A stretch of 64,000 nucleotides of DNA from the human T2T-CHM13v2.0 reference genome, Homo sapiens, in NCBI RefSeq assembly GCF_009914755.1, contig NC_060931.1. The stretch is one strand, 5' to 3'. This document shows, in pieces, positions 11,526-26,460 of the stretch; position 1 is the first letter of the stretch; each line of letters starts with the position of its first letter. A model generated the notes under the pieces. The model was not told the origin of the DNA. It ran no database searches and saw only the letters and a list, made by a program, of their open reading frames with translations. The translations under genes were made by a program, and so were the position numbers.

Positions 11526-12175
11526 TAGAGAAAGCTTGAATTATGCTTCATAATATGAACTTCCTAATCAGTCTTCATCATTTCAAACCTTTGTCCACAT
11601 GTTCCTTTCTACTCAGAACTTTCCCCTAGCTCCCCATTGTCTTCAGGCTCCTCATACAACTTCCTCCCAGCTTTGCTATGGACACACCCACCTGTGACCT
11701 CCTTGAGGGAAGAAGCTGCCTGTATTTTTGTGTGTCCAATGCTTGGTACACAGTAGGTCTTCACAAAGTATCTGGAGTAAATGACCCCATAGATAACTTG
11801 AGGATAATAGTGAGCAATCTAAAATTGGGCAGCTAAGCAAATTCTCCCTAATCATTTCTAAGCCTCACTAGAATTTGAACTTAGAGAAATAAAATTTTCT
11901 TTTAAAAGTGGGTTACACCATAAAGGACACTTGTTTCTGTTTTCCCAGCCCATACCAGAAAGCAGTCTCTTGACCTTCTGGACAAATCATTAGCAAAGAT
12001 TAAAAGCTGAGACTTAGTACTCTTTAATCTTATTTTTCAAAGTCTGTCTTGTTTTCAAACTTTCTGTGACAATGATTTCTATTGTTGATAATAAAATATA
12101 AAAAGTAATCCTAATTCTTTACCCTTGGTATCAACTTTAAAATTGATTTTACAATTTTACAAAATTGTAATTAGA

Positions 12176-12271
12176 TTACAAAAACTGGAATTTGTAGTCA
12201 TTTTCAACTAAATACTTCAAAACTTACAAAAACTGGAATTTATAGTCATTTTCAACTAAATACTTAAAAAG
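12176..12271. repeat. 48-bp tandem duplication (2 copies)
   Basis: ttacaaaaactggaatttgtagtcattttcaactaaatacttcaaaac repeated with 3 mismatches. Confidence 0.92.
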
Positions 12272-13277
12272 TTAATAAAAAATCCAAGCTATTCTAACTC
12301 CTTTAATGACTATTCATTCAGACTTTCTTAAAGCACATACAGCTTTATGACAGGCACTATACTGAGTTCTGGAGTTAAAAAATAACAACAATTAAGTTTT
12401 GTGTATTATTTACTGTAGGCCAGGCACCCTCCTGGACACATTATTTGAAAATATAATATATCCTTTAATGCTTACAACCCTGTTAGTTATATACTGTTAT
12501 TCCCATTGTATAGGTAAGCAAACTAATTCAAGAGGCATTGAATAACTTCTTCCAGATCTCTTAACTAATAAATAATGGTCCCAGAATTCCGATCTGTGTG
12601 GTTTGAGTCAGCATTCTGAATCATAATTATAGACATATAGATTGCTTTTCAAAGGTGAGAGGAGTCCCTACCTTGAACCTTGGAAGGTTCAGCTCTAGCT
12701 GTCCTCAGGCCATTGACCTCAACCATGGGCAGGGAGTCCATGGGGCTTGCTCAAGTAAAGTCTGTCACCCCCTCTAGATCATCTCCAGAATTCTTAGCCT
12801 AAACAGCCTCAGGCTACTTTTATGGCCTGCCTTCTGGGGGTAAACTGAGTCACCCCTGTGCCAAATCCTAGGTGAAGATGGCCAAGGACACTGATGCAGG
12901 AGAGGTAAACAGAGCTTGGACATGCAAGCTGAAGTGTCCATGCAGGTAAACAACAGGCTACCTGTGCTGCAGAATAAATTTAGAGGTGGGAGAGAAGAGG
13001 GGAAGATAATGGCTGGAGAGGCAACGCTTCACACACTGCCCAGTTCCTAACTAGAAAGCTGGAGGTGAATATTCCAAATTCAGACCTAGCCTTCCAGGTC
13101 ATTATGCATATATATTTATCAAGGAAGGAAGATAGAACTTATTTTACCTATGGGTTTCTTTGCCTGGTTTGTAGCTGTTAAATATGTAGTCTGTTATGCT
13201 CACTGCTATTTGTGTTCTTGCTGTTGGCCCTGAAACAGTTAGGGGCAGACTTGTCTACTAGTTTAAATATTACTGGG

Positions 13278-13590
13278 GGCTGGTTGCAGTGGCTAACAAC
13301 TGTAATCCCATCACTTTGGGAGGCTGAGGTGGGAGGAACACTTGATGTCAGGAGTTCGAGACCAGCCTGGCCAACATGGAGTAAAGACCAGCCCGTCTTT
13401 ACTAAAAATACAAAAATTAGCGGGGCATGGCAGTGCGCACCTGTAGTCCCAGCTACTTGACAGGCTGAGGCACAAGAATTGCTAGATCTCAGGAGGTTGC
13501 AGTGAGCCAAGATCATGCCACAGCACTCCAGGCCTGGGCAACAGAGCAAGATTGCATCTCAAAAATAGATAAATAAATAATAAACAAATA
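13278..13590 (+). mobile_element. Alu (old AluS/J)
   Basis: Alu dimer with an (AAAT)n tail. Degenerate TSD aaatattactg/aaatattattg. Confidence 0.93.
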
Positions 13591-13844
13591 AATATTATTG
13601 AGCCGGGGAGACAAAGAAAGCACCAGAGACCATTGCATAAGGTAGTCTGGTAGTCTTGACTACCTCATGTCAAAGTATTTTTATATTTTAATAACTAAAT
13701 CCCTTTTGGTAATCTTTGAGATGTGTACAGATTATACAAAATTTTACTCTCTTGCAAATCATGTTACAATGAGAGTCAAATGTATGCATAGTCTTAATTT
13801 AGTTTTACTTATTTCCCTCTATTATTTTAAAAAATATCTTAGAA

Positions 13845-14176
<332 letters not shown>

Positions 14177-14664
14177 CTAATTTGGTCAAATTATTCAGTT
14201 GGCATATATTTGATATTTAATATCTATAAGTGAATGACTATATAGAAAAAGCAGTGCCATACTATATTCATGGAGTAAAAGGACTATTTTTCGACTTAAA
14301 GTGAATCTTAATGTGACCTTATTTCCTCTTTCGCAGTAAGTAAATTATTTGATTTACACACCAAAAAAGTGTATTGAAAGTCAGAATGATTTCCATTGGG
14401 ATTTTATAATTTAATTAAAACAGACCCACCTTTTAACAAAAGTGCTAAGATCAATTCTTGCTAGGAAACTATTAATATTAAACAGATATATTTAAATTAT
14501 CTTCCTGCAGTTATTGAAAAAAGTCCTTAACTAATATTAGTTTAGGAAACAAAAATAAGATTATTAACTTAAAATTGCATTGTTAAAGTGTTCTTATCAG
14601 ATATATACTTTTAAGATGATTTTTAAAGATGCTTCTATTTTGAGTGCTATTATCCAAAGTACTA

Positions 14665-15070
<406 letters not shown>

Positions 15071-18000
15071 TTAGACGTGCGCTATCTCTGCCTGGTGTTT
15101 TATTGTTGTTTTGCTTTGTTGTAATCAAATAATACTGTTACATTTGTTAAGGACAGAATCTGTTGCTATTCCAGATAAATATTGGTATCGTTTGTTTATT
15201 CTAGAGGATTGCCAAAAAATTCACAGTCTCGTGATAGTACAGGGTAAGAAAGCAGAGTAGCTGTCAAGGGCTAGTTCAAGTCAAAGCCTATGGAAGAGAC
15301 CGAGTTTGGAAGTGGAGAGAAGGGCTGGTGATGAAGACAGGAGGATGAAAAACTAGAAATATTCCAGCTCTGAAGAACTGTACCAAATATGTCATATTAG
15401 GTATGTGAGATGTGTGGTGGATTTGGGCCAGGAATGTTTTGGTGTTTTCCATGGTTTTGGACTCAACTTCCTTTTAGGATAAAGCGGGTTGATATTTCAA
15501 GATCTGCCGATAGTAAATGAAGCCACAGTTAAAAGTACTGCTGTTTCATGTGTACATGTGGTATCAGGGATCTTTCCTTGGAATTGAACCACAAACAGCT
15601 TCCCAGGTAAAGGCATTTTTTTTCCTGATTTTAGTAAGGACCATATATTTAGGATTATTTCTTAGTAACTGTTACAGGTACTAGGTAGGGAAGGGGGCTG
15701 GGTGAAAAGCTTCATCCTTATGGAATGAGGGATTACCACTATGCTGTAAAGGATCATTAGAATATTATGAGGTCAAACAAAGAAAATAATTAAAAGGAAA
15801 ATTCAAAATTCTACAAGGACTGGATTGACAGGATTTATATTAAGGAGTACCAAATAGGGAATGTCTTTTCTAATTGCCTGCTGGAGAGGTGCAAAGAGGC
15901 CAGGCTGGATAGGCTTAGTCATGCAAGGTATTCATTGACTGCAATAGAACAAAGGATGCAAAGAAGTTTTGGGGTGGCAAGGACTTGCTGTAGAACTGGC
16001 TGTTCTAGTTGGAAACAAAGACACTATTGTAGCAGAACTGCATTGTTGGCAGCAAAATGACTGGCTGGTCTCTTTCTTAGTACAAATCATACCTCCCAAG
16101 GTATTGCTCCATTGTGTTTTTGTGCATTTGGTTTGGATTTTTATGGGGAATTGAAGACAAGTGGATCATAAAGTGCAAAATAAAATGCTCTAGAAATGAC
16201 AGATGGGGCACAATTTCCAAGAAAATTCATCTAGACAGTGGCAACACTGAGAAAAAAAAGAAACATTCAAGAAGGGAGTTACAGTTTCAGACATCCTCAG
16301 TTTTGGTTAAAAAGGTCCCTTTTGATGAGTGTGTCAGTCACTACCAGCTAGAACAAGGGCCCTAAAGTGAGGGCCAACGTATATAATCAGAGAGCCTGAC
16401 GTCAGGTTGATACTGAAAATATGAGAACTAAATGGCATTACTACCAGTCTTTAGTTTAGAAGATATAGCATGTTTGATGCCTTGTAAAGAAGGTATCCAA
16501 GGCCACATGATACTTTGTAACATCTGATGGGACTGTGGTCACATGGGAGAAGGGAAGGGGGCTCTTGAGCACGTGCCTGTGGCCCACTGAAGACAGCATA
16601 GCCAGCTGGAGATTGGGCCCACCCACCCTTTTAGGGCTGTCCGGGGCTGACAGTTGGCTACTTGGGGGTCAGCATAGCACTGATGCCAGAACTCACTTGC
16701 CTGAGGTTGGATTATCTGGTTATAGACTTGTCTGGGCAGAGATTGACTTTTGGGCATTATGAAAAGTCAGACATCAGGGCTTTTTGGACAAATTCTGCCT
16801 CTTAGGTATATGTTTGAGTTAAAAAAAAAAAAAAAGATGTGTTACTTCTGACTGCTTTCTACTGGTGGGGTAGAAAAGTTGGGTCAGCCAGAACGATCAT
16901 TGGATGTTACACTCCTCCTTCTCACAGGGCAAACTTCTCAGATACTGCCCAGGTGGTATGTGATATTTTCTCCTATACTGCGTAATTATCAATTCCTTTG
17001 GGATTAATCTTAATGAAAAAAAGCCCACATGCAGAACCAGAGTATTCTTGGCCCTTTGAACAAACTAGATGCTTCTAGCATGATATGAAAGAACATCAAG
17101 CTCCAGAGGACGTCAGAATTGGCCTCCAAGTTGTATAATATAAAGCTGCCCTAGTGACAGAGGACCCACTAACTGGTCAGTCCACTTGAGGATCTTTGTT
17201 AGGGCTCTGTATTGACAATCTAGGAACTAAATACCCTGAAAGTCCCAAGAAATATAGAATTACCTCAACGTTTTGGAGCTTACCTCTCCAGCCTAAGTGG
17301 CACTTTTACACATGAATTTCCTAAGGAGGAATTTGGATTCCCAAAAACATTATCCTTAAAAGTGCAAACTCACCTTTCTAGGCCTCTGAGGATGCTGTAC
17401 AGTAAGTGGCCCAGGATGGTCTAAATGAGTTGGTTACACAAGACCAGGTTGTTGGATGTTGCCTAGATATACAGTAAACTCTTCCATCCAAAAGATCTCA
17501 AGAGGTGCCACATAAACACTGGGAGACTGGCTGGAAATTACAGAATCTGAGAGGGTTTTGCCAGTAACTTCTATACCCATGGCACATTTGGCAAAAGATT
17601 TTTCATTCATTTTTTTTTTTTTGGAATTATTGGTGTGCAAAAGTGAAAGGTGGTGGGAATCTGGGCACTTTAGGTTGTTCAAGACCAAAGGAATCAATGG
17701 TCACAGATATTCACACTGCATTTGAGAGCACAGAAACCTAGAAACACAAAGTTTGGAGTTTGGTTGTCATTTGTTCGGAAGTACGGCAGAGCCTTCCAGG
17801 CCAGAAGAAACAGATTAACTTAGCTGTCTCTGCATAATCAATGGATATGCAGTGTGGGTCTGACAAGGTGAAGAGACATCCTATTGCCTCAGTCATGGTG
17901 AGGGTGTAATTCCTGTTTTTCCCATTCAAATATAAATTGGTTGTATATTTTGAAAGGCAGCTTGCAGATCTTCAGTAGACACGGCAGAGTTGAACCTGAA

Positions 18001-19759
18001 AGGGGTTAAATGTTAGAAGACAAAAGAGATCTGAGGTCCCAGGAAAAGCTAAGTAGGAAACAGAGGGGCTCAGATTTCAAAGTTTAGAAATGGGATGTTG
18101 GATATTGGCAGACAATTTCATGTCTCTGAACAGCTTTGCTGCCGTTTGGCCAGTTTTTATTGATCCGGCTGCCTGGGCTGACTCTCAGTAGTAACCTAAC
18201 AATACTGTGTGGTTTTTAACAGATAATGTATATTTGGGAACCAGACAGAATAAAGATGCAATCATGTAATAAAATGGCCCAGGAAATTCCTTAAGGAAGT
18301 TTTCTCTGGCCCTCCCACTCCCCCTTGAGGTGACATCGTCCTGTTATCTGCTGCCTGCTGTACCCTGCCTGTTCCATTTCATAGCACTCTTGTTAAGTTC
18401 TGTCTTATGTCAGGTTTTGCTGTTATTCTACAACAGGAATACAAGCAGGTGCCCTATCCCTAAAACCCTGCACAATGCCATGGCTTAATTGCAAGTATTA
18501 AATAATTACAAAAAAAAATTCAGGATGGAGAAGCCATCAAAATTATTACAATCTCAAAATTCCTTAAGAAGCGGAGTTTTCTGCTCTCCACTCCCAGATG
18601 ATAATGTCCTGTCTCTTTTGACTAAATATTCACCCATTCTCTTCCTCTAATCAAGTAGCTTTTGATAATACTAACAGAGCTACCTATGAGCAGGTAAAAA
18701 ATAGTTATAGGAGAATCCTGGTCACCTAGAGTGCCTATGAAAAGTGATGTTTTAATTAATTAAATTCTATGGCCATTTATATTCTGACTCTTGCTTTTGA
18801 ACATCTTTTTAATATGTGTGTGTACACTTTCCTTGCTTGGTGAGTACATCATTTAAACTTTCTTTGGTATTTGAAAAAGGCCTTGCAGTTATCCTTTGAT
18901 CACATTTGCAAATTTTCACCATTACTATTTAATCAATAAATGAATTCATTGCTTGAGCACCTGCTCAGTGCATTTCACATTGGACTAGTTGCTATGGGGA
19001 CAGAGAGGAAGTAAGGTATCAAGGAGATGGGGTGGCTGAGCCTGAGGAACTGTGTGGGCATACAATACGAGATAGTGCTGTGGGGCAGAGATGGGTGGTT
19101 TGGGCCATTAGTGCTGTAGAGCTTTAGGCTTCTGATTCAGACAGGAAATATGTCAAATGTGTTCTGATGCAAGACAGAACATTGCCGTCTTTTCTGAAGA
19201 TTGATACTTAGTTTTAATTTTTCTCATTTTTTTAGGAGGGAATTAAAATTTAGAGCCCTGATTAACTGAAGGTTCCAGCTATTTAGATTTTCAATACATA
19301 TGGTCCACCTTTTCTAGGCATAGTGTATTTTGCGAGATGGTCTTAAAATGCATCAGCATAAAGCAAAATCCAGGCTGTGTCTCCAATAGTACATATAATT
19401 AGTTGCATTGTTCTTAGCTATTAGAAGAAACTTTTAAATGTGTGCGTAAAGACTGGAAGAACAGAAGTGTCAGTATTAATTTACTAAATGAGTAGAGTGA
19501 GGACATCACAATGGTGAAATTCAGGGACAACCTGTAGGAAACAATAGTGCTTTGTGTGTGTGCAGGGAGCAGTGCAGAATGGCCAGAGGAGCAAGTGCAG
19601 TAGCAGGACAAAGCTTCCCCAGGGAGACGCACCCTGAGCTGAGTTCGAGAGTTGACCAAGAGAAGGGACAGCATTCGGAGAAAGTTACCTGAATGTCACA
19701 GAAGTAAACAGAAAGAGAGAGAGCACATACGATGTTTTGGGCAATGCAGGGGAGACACC

Positions 19760-21480
19760 CATTCATCCTCTCCTTCAGTGAATACATACTGAACTCTTAC
19801 ACTGTGCCTGGTATTGCTGTAAGCCTCGGGGATATGGCAGGGAACCAAACAAAAAGATCTGCTCTCATGGAGCTTTCGTTCTAATGGAGAGAGACAAGAC
19901 ATTTGACAAATTAAAGAAATAGAATGTATAGCACACCAGACAGCACTAAGTATCTAGCACCTTCTGTAGAGAGAAAGAAACCCAGATGGGTAGTCAAGAA
20001 TACTGGAGAAGGAGGTATGATCTTAAGTAGGATAATTAGGAAGGTCTCACTGAGAAGGTGCTGAGCCAATTCCCAGGGCCTCAGGGAGGGAAATATGAAC
20101 AATATATCATCTGCCTCAATAATATATAACTTTCTAGGAGGATATTGACATTGTAATCCAATAAATTCTATAATTTTAAAATCTAAGATGTGCTAATTAT
20201 TTAATAAATATTTTTCAACAAGTGTGTGGAAAGTACCATTCAAAGTATGAAAACATTAGGAAACTAAAGGACAAAAGTTCTTGTCCTCATAAGTCTTATA
20301 TTTTGGAGGAGGACAGACAAAATAAAAAAAAAACATGGTTATACATAATTATCTAGTGTGTTCAAAGGTGGTAAGTGCTATGGGGAAAAGTGGAGCAGGG
20401 TTGGGGGAAGACAGAGTTGCCATTTCAAGTAGATTAGATGGGGTAAGCCTCATGAAAAAAGACCAGTGTTTGAGCCAAGCCCTCAAGACAGTAAGAGAGT
20501 TAGCCTTGTGGATAACTGGAGAAAGGGTAGAGAGATGAGAGGCTATGAAGCAATGTGAGAAATTTTTAATGCATAGCAGGATCGAAGGACTGGTAGTGGC
20601 AGATTGTTGGTATCTGGAGCCCAGGCAGAGTGAATCAGCTTGTAAGACAAGAGGTGGTGGTCAGACAGGGTGATATGTGAAACTGGAATTGTAGAGAAGT
20701 TGCAGTTACTGGTAATTACAAGGTCTAAATTTCTTAACATGGAAGCAAAGTAGCTAAATCAAGGTGGAGGACAAAATAATTAGAGGAGAAGAGAATAAGG
20801 AGCTGATGCATCTTGTATTGCAAAGATGATGTGTGTATATACAAAAATTGTCAGGAATTGACATAGGAGTATTGTTGGAGAAAATTATATCAAGCAAGGA
20901 GGCAACATTTTCTAAAAATGAGAAAGCATCTCCCTGTGGTTGGTAAATGTCAGTGAATGCCTGCAACAATTCAGGATGGTGGGTGACATAATGTAAGTTA
21001 CAAGTGTCAAAGCTGGGGGTGGGATGATTAGGGGATGAGAGAGGGAGAAGTGCCTGTGAGTAGCAGTGAGGACTCAGGAAGACACTTATACATCTCCAAG
21101 CTCAAGGCTGTTAGGATTCTGGGAGAAACATCAGCGATTACTCATGAGGTCAGGGGAAGACAAGTTCTCAGGGGAGAGCCAGGTTTCTGTTCAAGCAAGA
21201 CAAGAGAACATTCAGATAAGGGACTGGGATATGGGCAGTCCTTCTGGAAATGGACTATGAATTTCAGAGGGCACAGTGGATGGGTTTCTGGAGTTGTAAA
21301 GGAATAGGAGATAAGGAGAAAAGAGGGCTGTGCAGAGCCTTCTAGGGATTAGAATCTGTTGGGGGAATAAGGGTGCATCTGGGAGTCTTGGGCTTCTTGT
21401 AGAAACTGGTGCAATAAACAGGGATAAGTGAGATTAGTCTTTGGGATCTCAAGGTAGATAGTGGTGATGATACTGTCAGT
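19760..21480 (-). mobile_element. Cluster of L2 fragments
   Basis: Reverse-complement L2 3' ends (attcatcc...tacactgtgcctgg...ctctcatggagctt at ~19760, a second at ~20200) followed by purine-rich L2 ORF2-like text. Confidence 0.6.
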
Positions 21481-21818
21481 GGTTGAGGGGCAAGGGGAGG
21501 TTCTGAGACTTGCTCTTAATTCTTAGGGAAGGAAGAGACAAGGTCTGAGGAAGCCTGACTTAGTTCTGAAGTGAGGCGTTGACTCTACCCCGTTTCCTGC
21601 CAAAAGCAACGTGGACTTTCTCTGGGTGTCTTAAGACACTCTTGACTCCAGATGATTAAAGTGATTGCCTGAGAAGTATATAACACCTGACGATTATACC
21701 TGAAGGGGGCTCCACAGGCAGAGAGGAGGCATGTACATTGACCATGACATAGGACTTTAGGAGAAAAGCAAAGGAGAGCACCTTGGAGTTAATGGCAGGT
21801 AGATTTGTTAGAACTTTA

Positions 21819-22177
21819 TGCTATGGTCTAAATGTTTTTGCTTCTCCAAAATTCATGTGTTGAAATCTAATCATCAATGTAATGGCATTAAAGGTGGGGC
21901 CTTTGGAAAATGACTAGGTCATGAAGATAGGACCCTGGTGAATTGTATTAGTGCACTTATGAAAAAGGCCTGTGGGAACTCGTCTGTCCCTTCTGCCATA
22001 TGAAGACACAGCAAGAAGGTGCCACCTATGAGGAAGGCTCCCTCGCCATACCACCACATCTGTTGCTGCCTTTGTCTTGGACTTGCCGGATTCCAAAACT
22101 GCGAGAAATAAATTCTGTTATTTGTAAATTACCCAATCTAAGGTATTTTGTTATGGCAGCCTGAATGGACTGAGATA
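21819..22177 (+). mobile_element. MaLR solo LTR (MLT1A-like)
   Basis: Starts tgctatggtctaaatg, has AATAAA, ends ggactgagata. Perfect 5-bp TSD cttta (21814-21818 and 22178-22182). Confidence 0.9.
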
Positions 22178-24261
22178 CTTTACTACTCAGGTGGTGGAAA
22201 TAATTCCAGGCGTTTTGTTTTGTTTTGACTTGATTGTTTAGTAGGGTAGTAATGTGATCACTGTATCAGCAAAAGAAACTGGCAACAATGTATGTGGTGA
22301 TTTTTAGTGGTAAATGGTGTTTGTAAGAGATTCTGAGAACGTTGTTACATTAAAGCAAATGATCGATAAGGAAGGCCTCAACTAGGATGGATCCATGGGA
22401 ATGGAAATAGGGAGTGAGAAATACTAAAGACAGTAAATTAAAAGCAAAAAGTCTTGGTGACTGACAGGTTGTTGAGGCTGTGGTAGAGAGAGGAGTCAAG
22501 GTTGACCACAAAGATTTAAATCAGAATAGATGGGAAAATAATGTAATTAATGGAATACATCATTCAAGTCAGGAAGAGGAACATAATGTTTGAGACTCGA
22601 AGATTTTGAAGTTGTGGCAGGAATCTGAGTGGGTTGCCAAGCAGATTGTTGAAAGTTCAAGACAGAAGCTTGGGTGAGAGTTTGGAACTGAAGGTACCAA
22701 TTTGGTGGTCATGTTCAAGGAAGTGAGGCTTGGAATCTTGTTAGTTCATAGTCATCAAGCTGTAGAGTTGAGAGAGCAATGTGAAAATAGCCAAAGACAT
22801 AACAAGGGGAGTTGCTTGAGAATGAGAGAAGTGATAGAGTGCCCACTCAGTGTTGAAAGACAGGACATTTAAACATTGCTAAGTGCTAGTTGCTAAATGT
22901 AATTAAGAAATATTATTTGCCTTTGAGTGAGCAATTAACTAGAAAGCTAGAGGAAATTATCTTGATAATGAGGAGAGACATTTTTCTAATAAGAGAACAA
23001 AGACAATTTTGACTTGAAAAGAAGGAATATTATTTAGATCTTCTCTATAATATAATGGTAAAGTTAGGGTCATATCTTAAGTGAGAGGACTTGGTATGAG
23101 TTCTTATGGATTTGATGAGAAAGAATTAAAACAGTGAAAGTGAAAACATATGATGGAAAGTCAACAAGAAATTAATGAAAGCAGGGTCTAGGAACTAGAT
23201 GAGGTGAGAAAGAAATTTGGAGGGAACCCAATTCTTAATAGGTTTCTGGCAGTGCCCCATAAGGCAGCCTCAGATAATCAGATGTTGCTTAGGATGCATC
23301 ACCCCATTTGTGCCTGACCTCCTGTTTACTTTCAACTCCATGTTTTAGAGTTCTTGAATCAGTAGCCTGCCTTCTGTCTCAGCCTCTGGCTCCTCTTGAA
23401 TTTGTTATTTATTCTGCTTCTCTTTGGTTTTTCATATCTAAGAACTGTTTTATTGTTCCGTTATCCAGTGACTCCTCTATAGCTCATGAGAATTTCCTGC
23501 TGCAGCTCCTGGCCCCAGAGATTCCTAATGGCTCTGTCCATGGTGGAGGTAGTGAGGTGTTGGGGGTGACTTGGGTAAGGCAGAATAACCTTGAGCAAGG
23601 TGATGAATACATTGCAAATTTAGCCGTTTCTGGTGCTGATAACAAAGATGGGGGAGCATATAAATAAGAGCTGTGACCTTTGAAAGAATAGAGATTGATA
23701 AGTGTTGCAAGATGGAAGTTGGGGAGAATCTCATAAGTAGCCAGTGGGAACAAGGAGAATATGTTTGCAAAGCACTGTTGGAACATTTCCCCAAGGAATG
23801 ATGAACTCTGCATAAAACTAACTTTTGATGAAGGAGAAACAGTAGCTGGACCATTTGGGGAAATATGGAGAAGATGGAATAAGAATTTTATAGGGCAATA
23901 TGGACTATAGTTCATAACACAGTACCAATATAAAATTTTCTGAATTTACCACTTCTACTGTGATATATTTTTTCAAATTTCTACCGATGATATTAAACTG
24001 AACGAATGTTAATTGAAAATTATAAGATATTAAAGTATTACGGAAGATTATCTATCCTATAAGATACAGTTAACACATTTTATAATAATTCAGAGTTCCT
24101 TTTTGTCTGAGTCTCCAAATAAAGTGAATTTTAGAAAAGACAAATATTTAGTGTCATATTTGGCATTGAGGATAGAAGAGGATTTACTTTAGAGAACAGG
24201 ATATAAAGTATAATATTGATGTATAGTTCAAGCTATATTAGTATTACTATTGATCATAATA

Positions 24262-24341
24262 TTAGGTTGGTGCTGAAGTAATTGCGGTTTTTGACATTAC
24301 TTTCAATGGCCAAAACCGCACTTACTTTAGCACCAACCTAA
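24262..24341. mobile_element. MADE1 (Hsmar1-derived 80-bp MITE)
   Basis: 37-bp TIRs ttaggttggtgc...gcaccaacctaa around a 6-bp spacer, with TA duplication on both sides. Confidence 0.95.
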
Positions 24342-25040
24342 TAGTACTAATTACTAAGATACTTAAACTTACATTGGTATCATTACCTACTCCATTCAAT
24401 TTCTTAGGCTGCCGAGAGTTGGCAAGAAATTGCAAGCAGAATATAATAAATAAGTTTTGAATTTGAAAAGATTTTTTATTATCTCACAAACAAGTTCAAT
24501 CCATACAAAAAAGTATTAAAATAAATTAATCTGAATATAAAAGGATATGTAAATCAAATGCCGTATATGCCGTATAGGGATAAACAACTTTAACCACTAT
24601 CTAATCTGTATTAAACAACAACAACAACAACAAAATAAAAACATAAGATGTCACTGGATTTTCTTCTAAAAATCATAGTTTAATGTTTTGCTATACACTG
24701 GCGGGAAAGAAATATATTCCTTCATTGTGCACTGGTTGTCTTTTTCTAACAAATATTCCATCTCAGTTAATTTACAGTGCTAACTGGAAATAAATTTTAT
24801 CGATATAATGTACATCAATAAACTGTATTTATTTAAAATGTCAGTGGATGAGTTTTGCCAGATGTATAGACCTCTGAAGCTACGTACCACTACAGTCAAT
24901 GTACAGAACCCTTCCACCCACCAAAGATTTGCTCATGCCTCTTTGCTGACAGTGCCAAAACACAAAACAGGGAATAATCAGTCTGCATTATTGGTAACTG
25001 TTTTATTGAATGTATAGGGATTTTGGTGCCCCTTTTTTAA

Positions 25041-25379
<339 letters not shown>

Positions 25380-26254
25380 TTTGGTGGCCTTTTAAAATAA
25401 ATCTTTCCTATTATAAATTGTATCTTAAAACAGTCCCATTAACTCACAGAACTGTACATGCTATAAAGCAAATGTTCTCCACCAATCATGTCATTGTAAG
25501 TTGCACTCTACTTTTCAAACTGTTTTCACAGCTCAGTGGAGGAACACAGCACACAATGAGGGGAACATTTTTCCTACATCATCAACGAGGAAGCAAAGCC
25601 TCAGCAGTTAGTTTATGAAGCCGAGGCCAGCGAATAGGCAGGGTTAGGACAAGAACAAGTTGCCTTCTCCCCTGTTCCAGATTTGGCTTTCAAGACAGAG
25701 CTAGAAATTCACAAATGGAAACAGCAACTCCGAACACCACTTCCTATGCTACTGCCTAATTAGCATGCAGCTCAGAGCTGTCCCCTGGCAAAAGCCTGGA
25801 GAAACATGGTTGTAAAAGGACAGCTCTCCCCTCTGCTGAACAAGTGCCAGCCAGTCTGCTTTATGCACTCAGTGAGGTTTTCAGGCTGGGGCTTTCACGC
25901 GAAAACTCAGTTTCCCTGTGCATAGAAAGGAAATGAATTCTGAAAAGGGTACCAAAGTATTTAGGAGAGTCTCTGACTCCAAGGATGGAAAATAATCTTA
26001 CTAGGGAGAATCTAACATTCTTATCTTTAGAGTGGGAAAATAGGATTACCTTAGCACTGATGATAAGAAAAGTAATGACATACTACTTGTATTAAAGAAT
26101 TTTCTGGAGGTACTAGGGATTATTGCTGAGTCATCATTTAAGAACTAATAATAGTACTAATTAGCCAGGAGTTTTCAGTCATACTTTGGAATAATTTTCT
26201 TTTTTATGTTATTCTCTATTCCACCTAAGACAGTGTTTACAAGAAAAGGTTCTG

Positions 26255-26460
26255 TCATCAGAACTGGGTTCAAACTTGGTCTCTGTATTTACCACCTCTG
26301 TGACTTTAGGTGAGACTTAGCCTCCCTAAGCTGTAGTTTTCCATCTGTAAAATGGGCATAGCAGAACTTTCCTCATGGGAGCTTTATGAAGCTTCAGGTA
26401 GATCATTTATATAAAGTGCTTGGCATAGGGCCAACACAGTGTGATCATGTAATAGATACT
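26255..26460 (+). mobile_element. MIR
   Basis: ctgggttcaaac...tgtgacttta...catctgtaaaatggg...aaagtgcttggca. Confidence 0.75.

Noticed and set aside
9404-12271. Short direct repeats as a CRISPR-like array
   Set aside because: Each has only two adjacent copies with no spacers, in a eukaryotic intron.
14320-14342. tttcctctttcgcagtaagt as a recursive splice site
   Set aside because: The AG and GT share one G, so splicing at the AG would not regenerate a donor.
23308-23915. Three overlapping ORFs of 109-143 aa
   Set aside because: No recognisable domain or splice support; the sequence resembles decayed antisense L2.
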